Source: Vicugna vicugna (taxonomy: Eukaryota). From it: 64,000 bases of DNA. This document shows, piece after piece, positions 51,104 to 64,000 of the stretch. Position numbers and translations under genes: made by a program. The stretch is from NCBI GenBank assembly GCA_013265495.1, contig MU058423.1, positions 8,541,627 to 8,605,626 of the forward strand, read 5' to 3'. The stretch's first letter is position 1; every line of letters starts with the position of its first letter. The notes under the pieces are model-generated. The model made no database searches. It was not told the origin of the DNA and saw only the letters and a list, made by a program, of their open reading frames with translations.

Positions 51104-53512
51104 TGTTTACCATCCAGGTGTTCTATATTAATTAAGAAGACACTTGCTCTGGGGTTCAGTATTTACACAGATTGACAAATATTCTAATATATTGCTCAGA
51201 GTAAGGTAGAGGTATTCGCTACATTACCCGTGGGGGAATTTTCCAGTGGGAAAATATTCTCAGATTTTATTCCTCATCTCGTGCTCTTAGACTTGTCTTC
51301 AGCATCACTTAAGTTGCTCATGATATTTTTCAGACATTATAGAACAACGATGTTCAATCTGTGTTACAAAGACTCTTGCATTTGCTTGGGGCTAGACTTC
51401 TACTAAAACTCTTTTCCCCTGCACACCTCTTATTCTTGCTTCAGATGATCTGGAGAAGGGTTGATGCTCAGGCTTAAAACTGCGTAAGAAGAGTGATGTA
51501 GCTTAGGGGTTAAGTGTGCCGTAGAGTACCTGGGCCCACATCCTTCCTGGATGTCATATTTGCTTAACCTCTTGGAGCTTCAGTTTCCTCAACTACAAAA
51601 ATGAGAATAATGTCTATATAGGGATTTGTTTTAAGGACTAGAGGAGATCGCTTGTATAAACATAGCACAACACCTTGGCCATTTTAAATGGTCCATAAAG
51701 GAAGCTGTTGGGGCGTGTCATTGATCATAGCGCAGTTAATTCTTCTACAGCTCACCTTGCAAGTATTAGAAAGGTTTTTGGACCCACCAAGTGAGGTATT
51801 TGGGAAGTTGTTTCTCCATAACAATGTTTCTACTTAACCTGGGCAATTTTCATCTCATTTTCTTTATTTCCGCCATTTTTCTTGTTATTAGAATGGTACA
51901 TATTCATTCCAGCAATTTTGGCATATTCAGAACGGTACAAAGAAAAAATTAAAAGCCCCACCACCACATTAACAATGGCTAAGCATTTTAGTGTCTATTC
52001 CTCCTGACTTTTCTAGGCATATATTTTAATAGCATGATTTGTTTGGTATCTCATTAGATGGATAAGCCATAGTTTATATAGTCAATCATATTACCACTTT
52101 GATAATTCATGACTATTATAAGAACATTTGGGTAAGTGTCCTTGCCATGAACTGACATCTTTGAGCTTCTCTATAATGATTTCTTTGAAGTCAAGTCCAG
52201 GAAGTCCAGTACCTGGACCTAGCGTTCATATTTGGGGGGGTTTAATACATAGTGCTCTGTGCCTCCAGAGGCATCAGCATAGCTACAGTGTGACCACATC
52301 TGAGGGCACCTGCTTCCCATCAGACTTCCCAACATTGCATATTATTTAAAATTTTCTTAATTTCTTCTCCTTTGTACCAAATACTCAAACGCTGCAGGAT
52401 TTGAAAGGACTTGGGTTATGTTGAGAACTCCATGTTGAGAAGACTGAAAACACAGGCAATCAACTGTCAAATGAAAGATTCCAGGGCAATGTGAGCTTCA
52501 GGAAGCTTTTGAAGTGCTTCCAGAAACTCTCTGCTCCCAGGTTGGAGTACAGGCAATGAATTGCTGGCTCTTTGCTGGTCCCGGGGAATAAAAAACTTGG
52601 AAGCAACAACAACAAACAAAATTGTCACACTTGTTCATCTTACAAAGACCTAGGGCTTTGGCCTCAAGATCCGGAGTGGATGAGTGTGTGTGTGCGCGCA
52701 CAGCTACATGCACTTGTGGCAGAGGGGAGGGTAAGAGGTAGAGTGGGAAGGAAGGGGGTGGAATGCAGGACGGTGCTGTGATGGAGGAGGAACAGGAGGT
52801 GCCAAACCCCACTGGACGCTACAAGGGCTTACATGGTGAGATCTGATCATCCTCTACCCCATGCTATTTCATAAACCAGTTTTTAGTGTTCTGCTAGGGT
52901 TCCCCTAACTCTCTCCCTCTTCCTCCACCCCTCCTTCCAGGAAGGCTTTCTCATTATGAAGCTCAAATGTTTTCAAAAAATATATTTATTGTGGATACAA
53001 CACAAAGAACATTTGCTACATTAGAAACATGCACTGAGTCCTGGCTCCACTGAATTTCCTTACCTGCAGAAGGGGGTTGAAAATACCTGCCCTAAAATTT
53101 CACCAGTTGCCTTTGGTTTCAAAGGGCGCAATGTAAATGAAGAACTTTGTAGCATCAGGAAAATGAAAGAATTTTTAAAAAGCCATCACAGATAAAGAGA
53201 GAGCGGCTCAGCCAGAAGTGAAAGAAACTTGGTTATGAATTAGTAGCTGTGTCAAAATTATACCTTAGAGCATAAAAAGAAATGAGAATAAATATACAAG
53301 TACTGAAAACAATTTAAGGAACCCTCTTTATTAGCTCTGGCTCAGAATGAAGTATGTAAATGAAGTATTTAAGCTAGAGATGACTTGAGGCAATTTCTCT
53401 TTTCATATGTCAATATTTCTTTTACTGGAAAAGAGAAAGAATCAAATTTTTCATCGAAATACTTTAAGTTAAAAAAAAAAAGAAATCTGAAGGAAGCAGC
53501 TTCAATTTACAG

Positions 53513-53690
53513 CAGTGGTTCTTCACTTCAGCTGATTTCCACCCCTCCGGGGGTCATCAGCAATGTTTGGAGACCTGGTTGTTAATAAATGGGAGCAGTC
53601 TACTGGCGTGTAGTAAGATGCTGCAGCCTTCCCCCTCCCACAACGAATTCACCGTCCCCAAAAGCCAATAGCACTGCAGTTGGGAAAAAA
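53513..53690 (-). mobile_element. Degenerate MER20-like MITE
   Basis: CAGTGGTTCTTCAC...GCAATGTTTGGAGAC...GATGCTGCA. Confidence 0.5.
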
Positions 53691-54179
53691 CGTGCATGGC
53701 ATTACATATAGAATATTTGATTGGTAATTTATCTAAATAACTAACACATTCACAATGCAAGTTTCATTGCTGAAGTTCTATCTTATATATCAGTGCCTAT
53801 TAGAACAGAAAATTAAAGGGGGAAACATGTTTACATTACTACTGAGACATCCGGTGCATAATTCTGTGACCCCAAATCTGACCAAAGAGCCAGAAATATC
53901 CCTGGTTAATGTTTATTTCTGACTATTTTTTTCCCCTGATTCACCTGCCTCTTTCTATTTTCATATCTGAAGAAGTAGACAATGGCTCTTCAGTTTCTAG
54001 GAAGGACCTATGAATAAATACATATTTCTGAAGCACTACAGAACAATATTACATAATATAGTGTAACTTCATAACACATCTCCAGTTAGAGAAAGTCAGA
54101 ATGGTTAAGTCACAGGAAGCAAAATACAAATTTTCATATATTTGTATATCTTTCAAGTATTTTTGGTTTAAACAATAAA

Positions 54180-54450
54180 TAATTTTTTTATTGAACTATA
54201 GTCTATTTAAATGTTGTGTTATTTTCTGGTGTATAGCATAGTCATTCATTTATCCTTTTCACATTCTATTTCATTATAGGTTCTTACAAGGTAAGAAATA
54301 AAGCTCCCTGTGCTGTACAGTAGGACCTTGTTTATCTATTTTGTGTATAGTAGTTAATATCTGCATATCCTGAACTCCCGCTTTATCTCTCCAACCCCTA
54401 CCCCTTTTCCTCCTGGTAACCATAGGTTTGTTTTCTACGTCTGTGAGTCT
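54180..54450 (-). mobile_element. Cetartiodactyl-type L1 3' end fragment
   Basis: TTTCTGGTGTATAGCATAGT...CCCTGTGCTGTACAGTAGGACCTTG...GGTAACCATAGGTTTGTTTTCTACGTCTGTGAGTCT. Confidence 0.8.
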
Positions 54451-55904
54451 TAAGCAATAAACCTAATAAACAGCTAGTGAAGACAATGTATATAGGAAAG
54501 AATACGGGAATGAGAGAATTAGGAAACATTTTTCTCATATCAGTTAGGTAATGAGGTACGTATATTTTGGGGAGTCTTAATTTCCACATATGCAAAAGAG
54601 GGGGATGAACTAGATGAACTAAATGACAAGTAAATTTCTTTCCATTTGTAAAATTCTGTAACCCTTAAACAGTGTTAGAATTGGTAGGTTTCAAAGGAGC
54701 CATGTTATACTTCCGGGCAAGGAAAAAAATAATCCCTTAGAATTTAGCCCTCCTGGAGCTTACAGCCTTCCCTACACCCTAAGCCTATCTCCCCAGGAGT
54801 CTTTTCTCAAGGTGAAAACTAACTTAATAAACATCACTACTGTTGTACTGCTTTAGGACCAAAAGACAAAATGATGATGATGTGATGAAAAAGAAGCTGA
54901 CGATGTCATTATTCAGTAATAAACACTGACTGGAAGAGGTTAGGATTTAAAAGACGTTATGCTTCTCAACCAAGCTTCTGTTACCACTGGCCTTGAGGAA
55001 GATCTCAAAGTAAATTGCAACAGGCTAACAAACCGCTTGAATCAAATTGAACTATAAGCCAGAAATCATCAGGTACAGCCGGTAATTTGTTAAACCAGGA
55101 ATGCAAATACAAGGTTTAAAGACTAAATTAAACGATTTGATTCTACTGAAATTTATAAAACGCGATTTTTATGGAGTTTACTGTCTTACCAGCAGATGTC
55201 AGAGCAACCTAATTAAGTGAGTAACGTTTTTTAGCAGATTAAATACCTGCCAGTAAACTGAGTGAAAACAGTCTTAAAATAGCGGTTAAAAACCTGTCAA
55301 TGCATTTAAGAATATCTTCTTAAGTGGAGCTATAGAAAAATATCAATCCTTCAAAAGTTATTAAGTTAAAATGGGCCCTTACCTAGATAAATCTTATTAC
55401 ATAAGTTGTAACACGTTATTATCATCTTAATTTATGTGACAATAGCATTTCTCAGTGACATATAAAAGACATGACCTTAATTAAGTACAAAATGCTAATC
55501 TGGGGTAAAGTGTAAGAAAAGCAGTATTTTAAAAACTCTCACATCATAGATACTAGAGCCCAAGGAAACTCGTTTGTCTCTGGGGGACATATTTACAACC
55601 CCCGAAGAAACACATTAACTCCTAATGAATCCTAAAATATCTATAGTGTGATGCCATCTGTTTTCCAGGCTGTAGCCTTTTCCTTTTAGCAAAAGTTGTT
55701 CATTTAATAGCAGTAACAGCAACACCCAAGGTGTGGGGAACATGCACTTAAATTATACGTACAATCTTTATGACAAACTGCAACATAGGTAATTGTATCA
55801 CCCACGTTTGAGGATTAATAACTGATGTTCCACGAGGTTAGGTAATTTGTCTAATAATTAAAAGTTACACAGAAAGTCAAAGTGACAGACCACAGCGGTT
55901 TTTT

Positions 55905-56475
55905 ATAAATTTAAATGTGCACTTACCACATAACATAGCAATTCCATGCCTGGGTATTTACACAAGACGTGTGAAAAATTATATATCCACACAGAGACAT
56001 GCATACAAACGTTAACCAAAACTTTATTCATAATCCTCAAAAGCTGGAAACAACTCAACTTTCCATCAGCTAGTTAAAGGGTAAACATTGTGGTTTATGC
56101 ATGTGATAGCATACTAGTCAGCAATAAATAGGCACCAACTTTTGATACATACAACAACTGGACAGAATATCAAGTCACTAAGCCAAGAGAAAGAAGACAG
56201 CCACAAAGGCTACGTAACACACGATTCCATGTATATGACATTCTGGAAAAGGCAAAACCATCGGGCCGGAAAACAAATCTATGGGTGCCAAAGCCTGGGG
56301 GTAGATGGAGGAGATCGACTACAAAAGAGCATGAAGAAAGTCTGGGGGATGAGAAAAATACTCCAGACCTGGATTGTGGTGGTGGCAACATGACAATACA
56401 CATTCATCAAAACTCGTGAAACTATGAACTTTAAATTACTGAATTTTATTTTATATAAATTTTACCTGAATAAAA
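55905..56475 (+). mobile_element. Old L1 3' end fragment
   Basis: AGCAATTCCATGCCTGGGTATTTAC...GATTCCATGTATATGACATTCTGGAAAAGGCAAAAC...TACCTGAATAAAA. Confidence 0.8.
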
Positions 56476-57799
56476 TAGACTTTTTTAAAAATTGAAAGAC
56501 ACTGGACACACATAAAGTATTAGTCATTTCATAAATAGTCAAGTTGATGAATACTTGAGTCGAATAACAAGAGCCAGAGAAGTTAACAACCTGAACCTTG
56601 CCTTGAAATCCCTTGCCTAGTCTAGGAAAGTAGAACAGAAACCAGGGTTCTAGGGTTAGCCAGCCAGCCCACTGGTGTGTGATCCTGAGTGATGTATTAT
56701 TTCTCTCCAAATAGTTAATTTACTGTTAAAGAAGTTGCATTAAATATTTAAATTCTTTAAACCTTCTTGAATTTCTCAAGCCAAAAGATGAAACAAAAAA
56801 GGACCAGATATGCCATTCCAAAAAACCTCCCACTGGCTGGTGATTGAAGGAAATCCAACCTGTAATTCCTAGGTAGGGAAGCAGTGTTAATGGTATCAGC
56901 TTTATTATTCACGATTCCTTTGGAGAAGGAAATTACACAATTCGGCCAGCAGGTGTCAGGCACTCATCTATGAAAAACTGACAAGGCTTCATATCAAAAT
57001 GCTTTCTTAATTAATATTTACCTAATATTTTCATCTGTAGTGATTATGAACATTGTTTCTCTATATAAATGCTTAAAGGAAGGAAGATGTTTGAAATAGT
57101 CAACCTGTTCCTCAGTTTTTTTCTCAGCTCTAATCAAGTACGGTAATTCAGTCTATACACCAAGACAGAAATTGCTCTTACTCCACTGTGTTTAATGTTT
57201 CAAAGATTTTTAGAGAAAAGAGTAACAGCTTCACAAACATTATCTGTCTAGTTTTGGCAAACTCAGTCCTTTAACGACTTTCTCTTCATTCTCAGTGTCA
57301 CCTCTTACATGAAGTCTTCCTCTGGGATATCATATACCATCAAATATTACGTCCTACGTAAAGCAACTTCCACATTATCTTGCAACTGTTTATGTATAAA
57401 TCTATCTCCCTTCTTTATTGACCACTCCCCAAACCATCAATTCCTAGGAGGCATCAGCACTGCATCTCCAAGTATGTAACAGATTACTTCGTGCTCAATA
57501 ATATTTGTTGATGGGAAGTAAAAAAGTGAATGAATGTATAAACCACTTTCACCATTTCCAAGCAGGTGATGTTTCAATGACCAGGTGAAAAGTCAAAGGA
57601 CCAATAGGTGGTCAGATAAATAGAAAAGTGCAGAGAGGCACATGGCTGTTTTCCCCAGAGGAACATCTGGGACAACTGTGACTTATTGAAATAAGGGCAG
57701 CAGTGTTTAGAAACCAAAAGTCAGGGTTAATGGGGTAGGTGTATGGCTTATGTAATGGACTAGCAGAAAGTCTGAGCCTTTTAGTACCAAAGATTCTCT

Positions 57800-58225
57800 G
57801 ACATCTGGGGAGACCTATGGCTCCTTTCTTAGAACAGTGTTTTTAAAGAACATGAAATAAAATATAGAAGATTACAGGGAAAACTAATTAACATTTAAAT
57901 ACAGTTTTCAAAATATGTTTAAACAATTTATTAATAAGACCCAGCAGTAGATTAGATAACTACCATAATTTTATAAAAGAGACGAATGTAAATGATATTT
58001 TGAGAAAACTGTGACAACTGTAATATGATATGAAAATACACTTTTGACAGTCACAGTTACTGCTAGTCTTCTGTAGTTCTTGCCTACATTCATAGTTGAT
58101 GAAATGCCAAAGTTCAGGCTAGTGAAATTAAAGTTGTCTTTTTTCCTCCTTTTTAAATTCATAGGGCCAATTCTATTCATGAACCACTTGAAGGGGTCTA
58201 TGGACCCAGGGCTGAGGATATCTGG
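57800..58225 (+). mobile_element. hAT-superfamily DNA transposon remnant (Zaphod/MER115-like)
   Basis: AACTACCATAATTT...GATATTTTGAGA...ACTGTAATATGATATGAAAATA...TGCCTACATTCATA...GGGGTCTATGGACCCAGG; family name uncertain. Confidence 0.5.
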
Positions 58226-58329
58226 ATGAAAAGGAAGTTAGGATGATGAAAAACAAGGAATTATGAAGGAAGAGGGAGCAAAAGGAGTTCCCTTCTGCAG
58301 GCAGTCTTCTCTCTCTCATTTCCTTCAGA

Positions 58330-59025
58330 AAGCTCACAGCATTCACCTCCTCACCCCTCATTTGTTCTTTGCCCCATTACAGTAGCGTTGGTACCCCGTC
58401 ACTCCATGAAACCATCCTTTCCCAAGTCATGCCTCGTGTCCAGGCAAAACACTGTCCAATGAGTATGTCTCAGTCTTTAACTTATTTGATTTCTCTTTGG
58501 CTTTTGCACTGTTGACTACTCTCTTTTTAAAACTTCTTTCCTCCTTTGGCCTCTTTCTTTTTCTCATATCTCTTTGGTTCCTTTTCAGCATCCCATCCTG
58601 TTTCCTCTTCTGCCTGTTGGTGTGTCCCTGGAGTTCTCCCTACCCTGTACTTCCCTTGTCACTCTGCGTTCTTTCTCTGGGTGGCCTCATCAGTCTAGTC
58701 GACACCTCTAGCCCAAGACTCTTTCTTGATCCTCAGTCCTTATATTCAACTATCTATACCACTCATCTTCTTTAATAAACCAGAGATCCCTCAAACTCAA
58801 TATATCCCAAATTAAATTTTTCCTCTTCCCCTTTCTGCATCTTCTTCCATGTTCCCCATTTGGGTGAATGACACTGCAACCCAAAGATTCCCAAATCAAA
58901 AGTCTGGAAGCTCTTTTTGATTTCGTCTTCCCCCCTACACCCAAACATAAAAATAACTGCCAAATTTCCCAGAGTATTAATCTTTAAGATCCCTCAAGCT
59001 TGTCCCCTTTTTCCAGTTCTACTAT
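58330..59025. mobile_element. L2 LINE remnant (pyrimidine-rich on +), with further pieces at about 59400-59620 and 60080-60350
   Basis: CCTCAAACTCAATATATCCCAAATTAAAT and similar L2-like motifs. Confidence 0.55.
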
Positions 59026-59039
59026 TATTGCCTTAGACA

Positions 59040-59139
59040 CTAAAAAAAAAAAAGTTGTTTTAATGGAAGTACTGGGGATTGAATCCAGAATCTTGTGCAT
59101 GCTAAGCACACACTCTACCACTGACCTATACCCTCCCCC
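59040..59139 (-). mobile_element. Short tRNA-derived SINE (camelid type) with 14-bp TSD
   Basis: Minus strand GGGGGAGGGTATAGGTCAGTGGTAGAG...GGATTCAATCCCCAGTACTTCC; TATTGCCTTAGACA at 59026-59039 and 59140-59153. Confidence 0.9.
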
Positions 59140-59159
59140 TATTGCCTTAGACATTTTAA

Positions 59160-59400
59160 TAGCTACCAACCATTTATTGTTAACGACGTATCAGGTACTA
59201 TGTTTTATATAAGCTGTTTTATTTAATCCTCATGTGACCCACAGGGTGAGAGTTACTATGCCTAAAATTACAAATGAGGAAATAGAAGCAAAAGGAGAGG
59301 AAGAACTTGCCCAAGGTTGCAGAGCTTTCAAATGGCAGAGCCAAGATCAGAGCATCGGTCTGTTGGACTCCAAAGCCATATTCCTTCTTGCTGCTCTTAG
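59160..59400 (-). mobile_element. MIR SINE
   Basis: ATTTAATCCTCA...TTACAAATGAGGAAATAGAAGC...AACTTGCCCAAGGT...GACTCCAAAGCC. Confidence 0.7.
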
Positions 59401-59666
59401 AGTCTCCGGGGCTGCCCTCCTAAGCTCCATCCATCATGGTACCACTGAACGTCTCTCTCTCGAAGGTAAATCTGATCCCCTTATTCTGCTGCCCGTGCAT
59501 TTCAGTATTCCCAAGACCCCTCCCCGCAGAGCTCAGACACCTCGGCTGGGCCCCGAGAGCCTGGCCCTGCTTATCTCTCCAGCCTCCTCTCTCGCTACCA
59601 CCCAGCCTGCACTCCACGCTCAGATGCTTTTCTTCCCATCGGCACACCTCACTCTCACACCCTACA

Positions 59667-60068
59667 GTATCAAGTTGTTCAGGCAGCCATAAAAGTGCCA
59701 TAGACTGGATGGCTTAAACAACAGAAATATATTTTATCACAGTTCTAGAGACTGAAAGCCAGAAATCAAGGCGTCGTTAGGGTAGTTCCTTCTGCAGCCT
59801 CCCTTCTTGGCTTGCAGATGACCGTCTCCTCTCTGTGTTCTCACGTAATCTTCCCTCTGTGCACGTGCACGTCTCTCCGTGTGCCCAAATTTTCTCTTCT
59901 TTCTTGTGAGGACATCAGTCAGATTGGTTGAAGGCCCACCCTAATTGGCCTCATTTTGACCTAATCAGCTCGTAAAAGCCCTGACCCAGATACAATCACA
60001 TGTGGAGATTCTAAGAGTTAGGGCTTCACCATATGAATTTAGGGGAGGATACAATTCAGTCCATAACA
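59667..60068 (-). mobile_element. MLT1A-like solo LTR
   Basis: ATAGACTGGATGGCTTAAACAACAGAAAT...TCACAGTTCTAGAG...CTTGGCTTGCAGATG...ACAATTCAGTCCATAACA. Confidence 0.85.
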
Positions 60069-60399
60069 CCCACCCACTTAGCTAATTCCAACTCCTCGCT
60101 TTCACCTCCTCCTTTCACGCCACACTTTCTGGGAAGGTGTCTCTGGCTGCCCCAGGTCTGAGCTAAGGGCCTGTGCTATTAATGCTACTACAGCCCCAGG
60201 GCTTCCTCCTGCTGGAGCACTCACCATCCTGGCCTGCAATTGCTTTTCCACTCCCCTGACCCCTCCGCTGGCCCCAGCTCCTTGAGGTGGGAACCATATC
60301 TCATTATTCATTTTTCTAGCCACAACCCCAAACCCAGTTCCTGGATCACATCTATATTTAATCCGCCAGTTAGTCAGTTAGCAATTGGTTAGTTATTGT

Positions 60400-61760
60400 T
60401 TTTTTGAAAGCTTATTTTTGTCAGGCATTTTTAAAGAAATTAAGGGCATAGTGGCAAACAAAACCAAAGAAAGCACCTCCTCTCACGGAGCTGATGTTTT
60501 TGCAGGCAGCCAATAAGTAGGTAAAAATTAATAAACAAACAGGATAGTTTGGTTACTGGTAAAGAAAATAAAATGGAGTAACCTGGTAGAGAGCAGCTTT
60601 GGGGGACTTCTGTGGCTGGGGGTCCACGGAAAGCTGGAGGAGACATTTGAGACGTAGCTTGAGTGATGAGATGTAACCATGCATGATCTATGAGAAGAGA
60701 GTTTCAAGCAGGAAACATCAAAGGCAAAGGCCCTGAGATGCAAACTAACTTGGCAAGTTTGAGGGGCCATAAGAGTACCAGAGTGACCATGGGGCAGTGA
60801 CTGATGGTGAGAGTAGAAGAAAATCACGTCAGGAGCTTGAACTGATTTCTAGGTGGATAGGAAGCCACTGAAATGTCTTAAACCAGAGTTGGATAGGATA
60901 TGATTTATGTCCTTAATAATATCACTCTGGCTGATTTGTAGGGTGTAGAGTTTAGAAGGGCAATGGTGGAGCTGGCAGAAGAGTGAAGAGCTAGCTGTGA
61001 ACAATAATGGTCTCAATAGGGGATGATTTTGTATCTCCTAGCCCCACAGAGGATATCTGGCAATGTCCAGAGAGATTTTTGGTTTTCACAGCTGCAGACT
61101 GGGAGTGTACTGACCTGTAGTGGGTAGAGGTCAGGGATGCTGTTAAACAGCCTACAGTGTACAGGAAAGTCCCCCGTGACAAAGAATTATTTGGTCAAAA
61201 TATTGGTAGTGCCAAGGTTGAGAAACTCTGATTTAGGCAAAAATGACGGTAGTCTGCTCCAGGTGGTAGCAATGGAGGTTGTAAGAAGTAGTTAGACTTA
61301 AGATATACTTGGAAACTGTACAGATTGTAGACAGATGGATGTGGGCACCTAGGTTTGGGGCCCGAGTAATGAATGAGGCAGATGTTGGTCATATTTACTG
61401 AGATGAGAAATATTGGGCCATTAGCCATTAGAGCATAGATGATATTTAAAGCCACGGGACTGGGTAAAATCACCCTGGGGGATAATGTAAATAGAGAAGA
61501 AGAGAGCCTGGCAGAGCTCTGCAACACTCCAGCATTGGAAGTCCTGTTGGAGGACAGAGGAGACAAGAGTGAGGTCCCTGGAAGGCCAGAGAGGATGTGC
61601 TTCAAGCTCAGGGGAGCGTCTCCTGAGGAACAGGGGCACGTCATCCACTGGAAAAGGGGGGAAGGCAAGTTTCATGAATAGGGAGGTAGGCAGGTGAGTG
61701 GATTTGGTGGCAGAAAGGAGGGTAGTTCCCATCTGATGGCATTTATCGTCCTTATGAACT
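60400..61760. mobile_element. L2 LINE remnant (purine-rich on +), interrupted by a MER20
   Basis: GGCAAAGGCCCTGAG, GGAAGCCACTGAAATGTCTTAAACCAG, ATCACTCTGGCTG, GATATTTAAAGCCACGGGACTGG. Confidence 0.7.
61003..61230 (-). mobile_element. MER20 hAT MITE nested in L2
   Basis: TCTGGCAATGTCCAGAGAGATTTTTGGTTTTCACA...TAGTGGGTAGAGGTCAGGGATGCTGTTAAACA...GGTTGAGAAACTCTG. Confidence 0.85.
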
Positions 61761-62029
61761 AAAGTCTGGGTGTATCAGTTGAGTGTGAGCGTGAGAGTGT
61801 GTGAATGTGGGAGGTACTGGAGATGTGAGAAGAGAGGATGTTACGAAATAGCTATAACTTGGAGAGGGGAGAGTGAGTCACCGTGGGAGTGGGATACAAC
61901 TGTCTGGTAGTGTTTTGAATCATCTGAGATTTGTAGTCACACATTGAAAGTGAGTCCAGTCAGTAAAGTTTCTGAATTAATCATTAATTAATAACTTTCT
62001 TTGAGAGAATGAAATGCCATAGCAACAAT

Positions 62030-62250
62030 AATGCGAACGGCTACCATTTCTTGACCATTTGTGATGTAGCACATGCATCAAACTTTACGGAAAACTCACT
62101 TAACACTCTCAACCCCGTGGATAGACAATACTATCCTTAATTAGCTGATGCAGAAACTAGAGTTCAAAGAGATTCAGTGATTTGTTCAAGTAAAAGGACA
62201 GAATTCAAAGCTGAACCTGTTGACTTCAAAGCTCATATTCTTCACTAACA
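62030..62250 (-). mobile_element. MIR SINE
   Basis: GCTACCATTT...GATGCAGAAACTAGAGTTCAAAGAG...TGACTTCAAAGCTCAT. Confidence 0.55.
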
Positions 62251-62309
62251 TTTCATATTCTACTCAGACCACTGCCCTGACCAAGGCTTTGTAATTTCCC
62301 TGCCTTTTT

Positions 62310-62555
62310 TTTTTTAAGATACAATTTATTTTTAATTCTTATTTTTTATTGAAGTGTAGTTGATTTACAATGTCAGTTTCATGTGTACAGCAAAGTGACT
62401 CAGTTATACATATACATAATATATTTTCAGATTCTTTTCCATTAATCTCATTACAAGAAATTGATTCTATGTGCTATACAGTAGGTCCTCATTGTTTACC
62501 TATTTTGTATATAGTAATGTGTATTATTCATCTGTTAATCCCAAACTCCTAATCG
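62310..62555 (-). mobile_element. Cetartiodactyl-type L1 3' end with 13-bp TSD
   Basis: ATTGAAGTGTAGTTGATTTACAATG...TGTACAGCAAAGTGACTCAGTTATACATATAC...CCCAAACTCCTAAT; TCCCTGCCTTTTT at 62297-62309 and 62556-62568. Confidence 0.85.
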
Positions 62556-64000
62556 TCCCTGCCTTTTTAGAAGGCTGAAGATGCCAGTAACTCCAAGGGG
62601 AGTGGTGGGAGTAAATGGAGATAGGACTAAAAAAAAAAAATCACCTGGGGTTTATTAAAAATGCATATAATTGAGGCTATAATTTACTCTGCTGTGATTT
62701 TTCTCTTTCAAGATTCTCCTTGGAGATTACTTAAATCCAATTGTGCCTGTTTATCCAAGTGGAAGCCAGGAGAGCCTGTGGATAAGGGAACAAGACACTG
62801 GAGAGGGAACAGGGTACAGGGTGTGATTTGCCCTCAGCCTCCAGCCCCCTGAGGGACAGTCTTGAGTTCTGAAAAGGGACTAAAATGACTTCTACCAAGG
62901 AAACATTCTACTGTCCCCTTTTGGTTGAAATGGAGATGTGAGGGCTGGGAAAGAGGTTATCTGAAAACTCATGAGATTACCTGAAGAGAGTGGAGAGATT
63001 TTCCTTTGTAATCGGACTCCTACTGCACAGTCAATTCACTGCGCATTCTTGGCAGCAGCACGGTTCCCCACATGACCGTGGTTACAGGCTAAATGCAAGC
63101 TATGACAGGTCCTTTCAGTCACAACCACCAGAGCCAATGCCTCACTGAGTTTCCCTCATTTTAAAGAGCTGTCAGCCATACTCTTTGTTTCCCTCCCTCC
63201 AAATATTTTAGGGCCTGTTTTTTTTTTTTTTCTTTTTTAAATCGAGGTAGTGGATGGAGAGCAGACAAGGATGGAACTGGATAGTTTCCAGATCTGATGG
63301 ATGTGCATATAGCATTAATGGTATGAATGTATATCCCATGGAAAGTTGCGTTTATTGCGTTTATTCTGGGCCTCTCTGTTCCAGTAATATTTACCTACCA
63401 TTTGCCATTAACCACCATAATGTTGCCATGTTAGCCTTTAAAAAATAACAATTTTTGACACCTGTGTTTAATACTTATGAAAGATCAGTTAAAACTCAGC
63501 ATTTATTTTTTATAGAGCTATTTTTTTTTCTCTGAGCCTTGTTTCAAGCAATTTGTATATTTTGACCACATGCTTTCTCACCTTAATGGTCCTCATGAAA
63601 CACGTTGGCTATGATGGGGCACCCTACTTGACACTGGGCGAGTTAACATCTCTCTTATACATGCACTGGGTTAAGCCTGTACGCATCTGGTCTTCTTCTC
63701 CAGGAAAGAGTTTCAGCAATCACTTAGCATTCCACAAACACCGTTAAAACACCTACTGCCTAACATGGTGTTAGATGCTCGAGTTACAAAGAAAGGTAAT
63801 AAATGGTCATTGTTCTCAAGGAGTGGAAAAAGACGAGTATATCAAGTGTTCGTAGAGGGTAAAATAGCTCTGTCCGAAGGGTGGAGTGGAACAAAAGGAA
63901 GAAACACACAACCAGAATGTTCTGGCCTTTCTAACCGGAGACAGTGCCACTGACCATCTCTCACTCTGACCCCTTGTGATTAAATAGGGCTCGGCAGAGA

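Noticed and set aside
59234..61732. ORFs of 93-157 aa in the right-hand intergenic region
   Set aside because: They overlap MIR, L2, MLT1 and MER20 remnants and show no recognisable domain or exon structure.

Overview
Mammalian genomic DNA, most likely a camelid (inferred from two short tRNA-derived SINEs of the camelid type and cetartiodactyl-style L1 3' ends). The window holds a head-to-head gene pair sharing a CpG-island promoter at about 32.4-33.7 kb. On the minus strand, SLC30A7 (ZnT7, Golgi/ER zinc transporter) is present as coding exons 1-8 (842 nt, all GT-AG, frame-consistent); the gene continues off the left edge. On the plus strand, EXTL2 (exostosin-like 2, GT64 alpha-1,4-N-acetylhexosaminyltransferase) is complete, with four coding exons of 5+428+71+489 = 993 nt (330 aa). 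The rest is intronic or intergenic DNA rich in old interspersed repeats (L1, L2, MIR, MLT1, MER3/20/58, Tigger1). Repeat family names and comparisons to human proteins are from recall, not from a search. I found no convincing undescribed biological system. The most unusual items are a perfectly homogeneous 14 x 42-bp A-rich array (probably an assembly artefact), a cluster of MRE cores in the shared promoter, a full CTCF site with upstream module in EXTL2 intron 4, a SINE with an inverted (T) tail, and nested L1 insertions.
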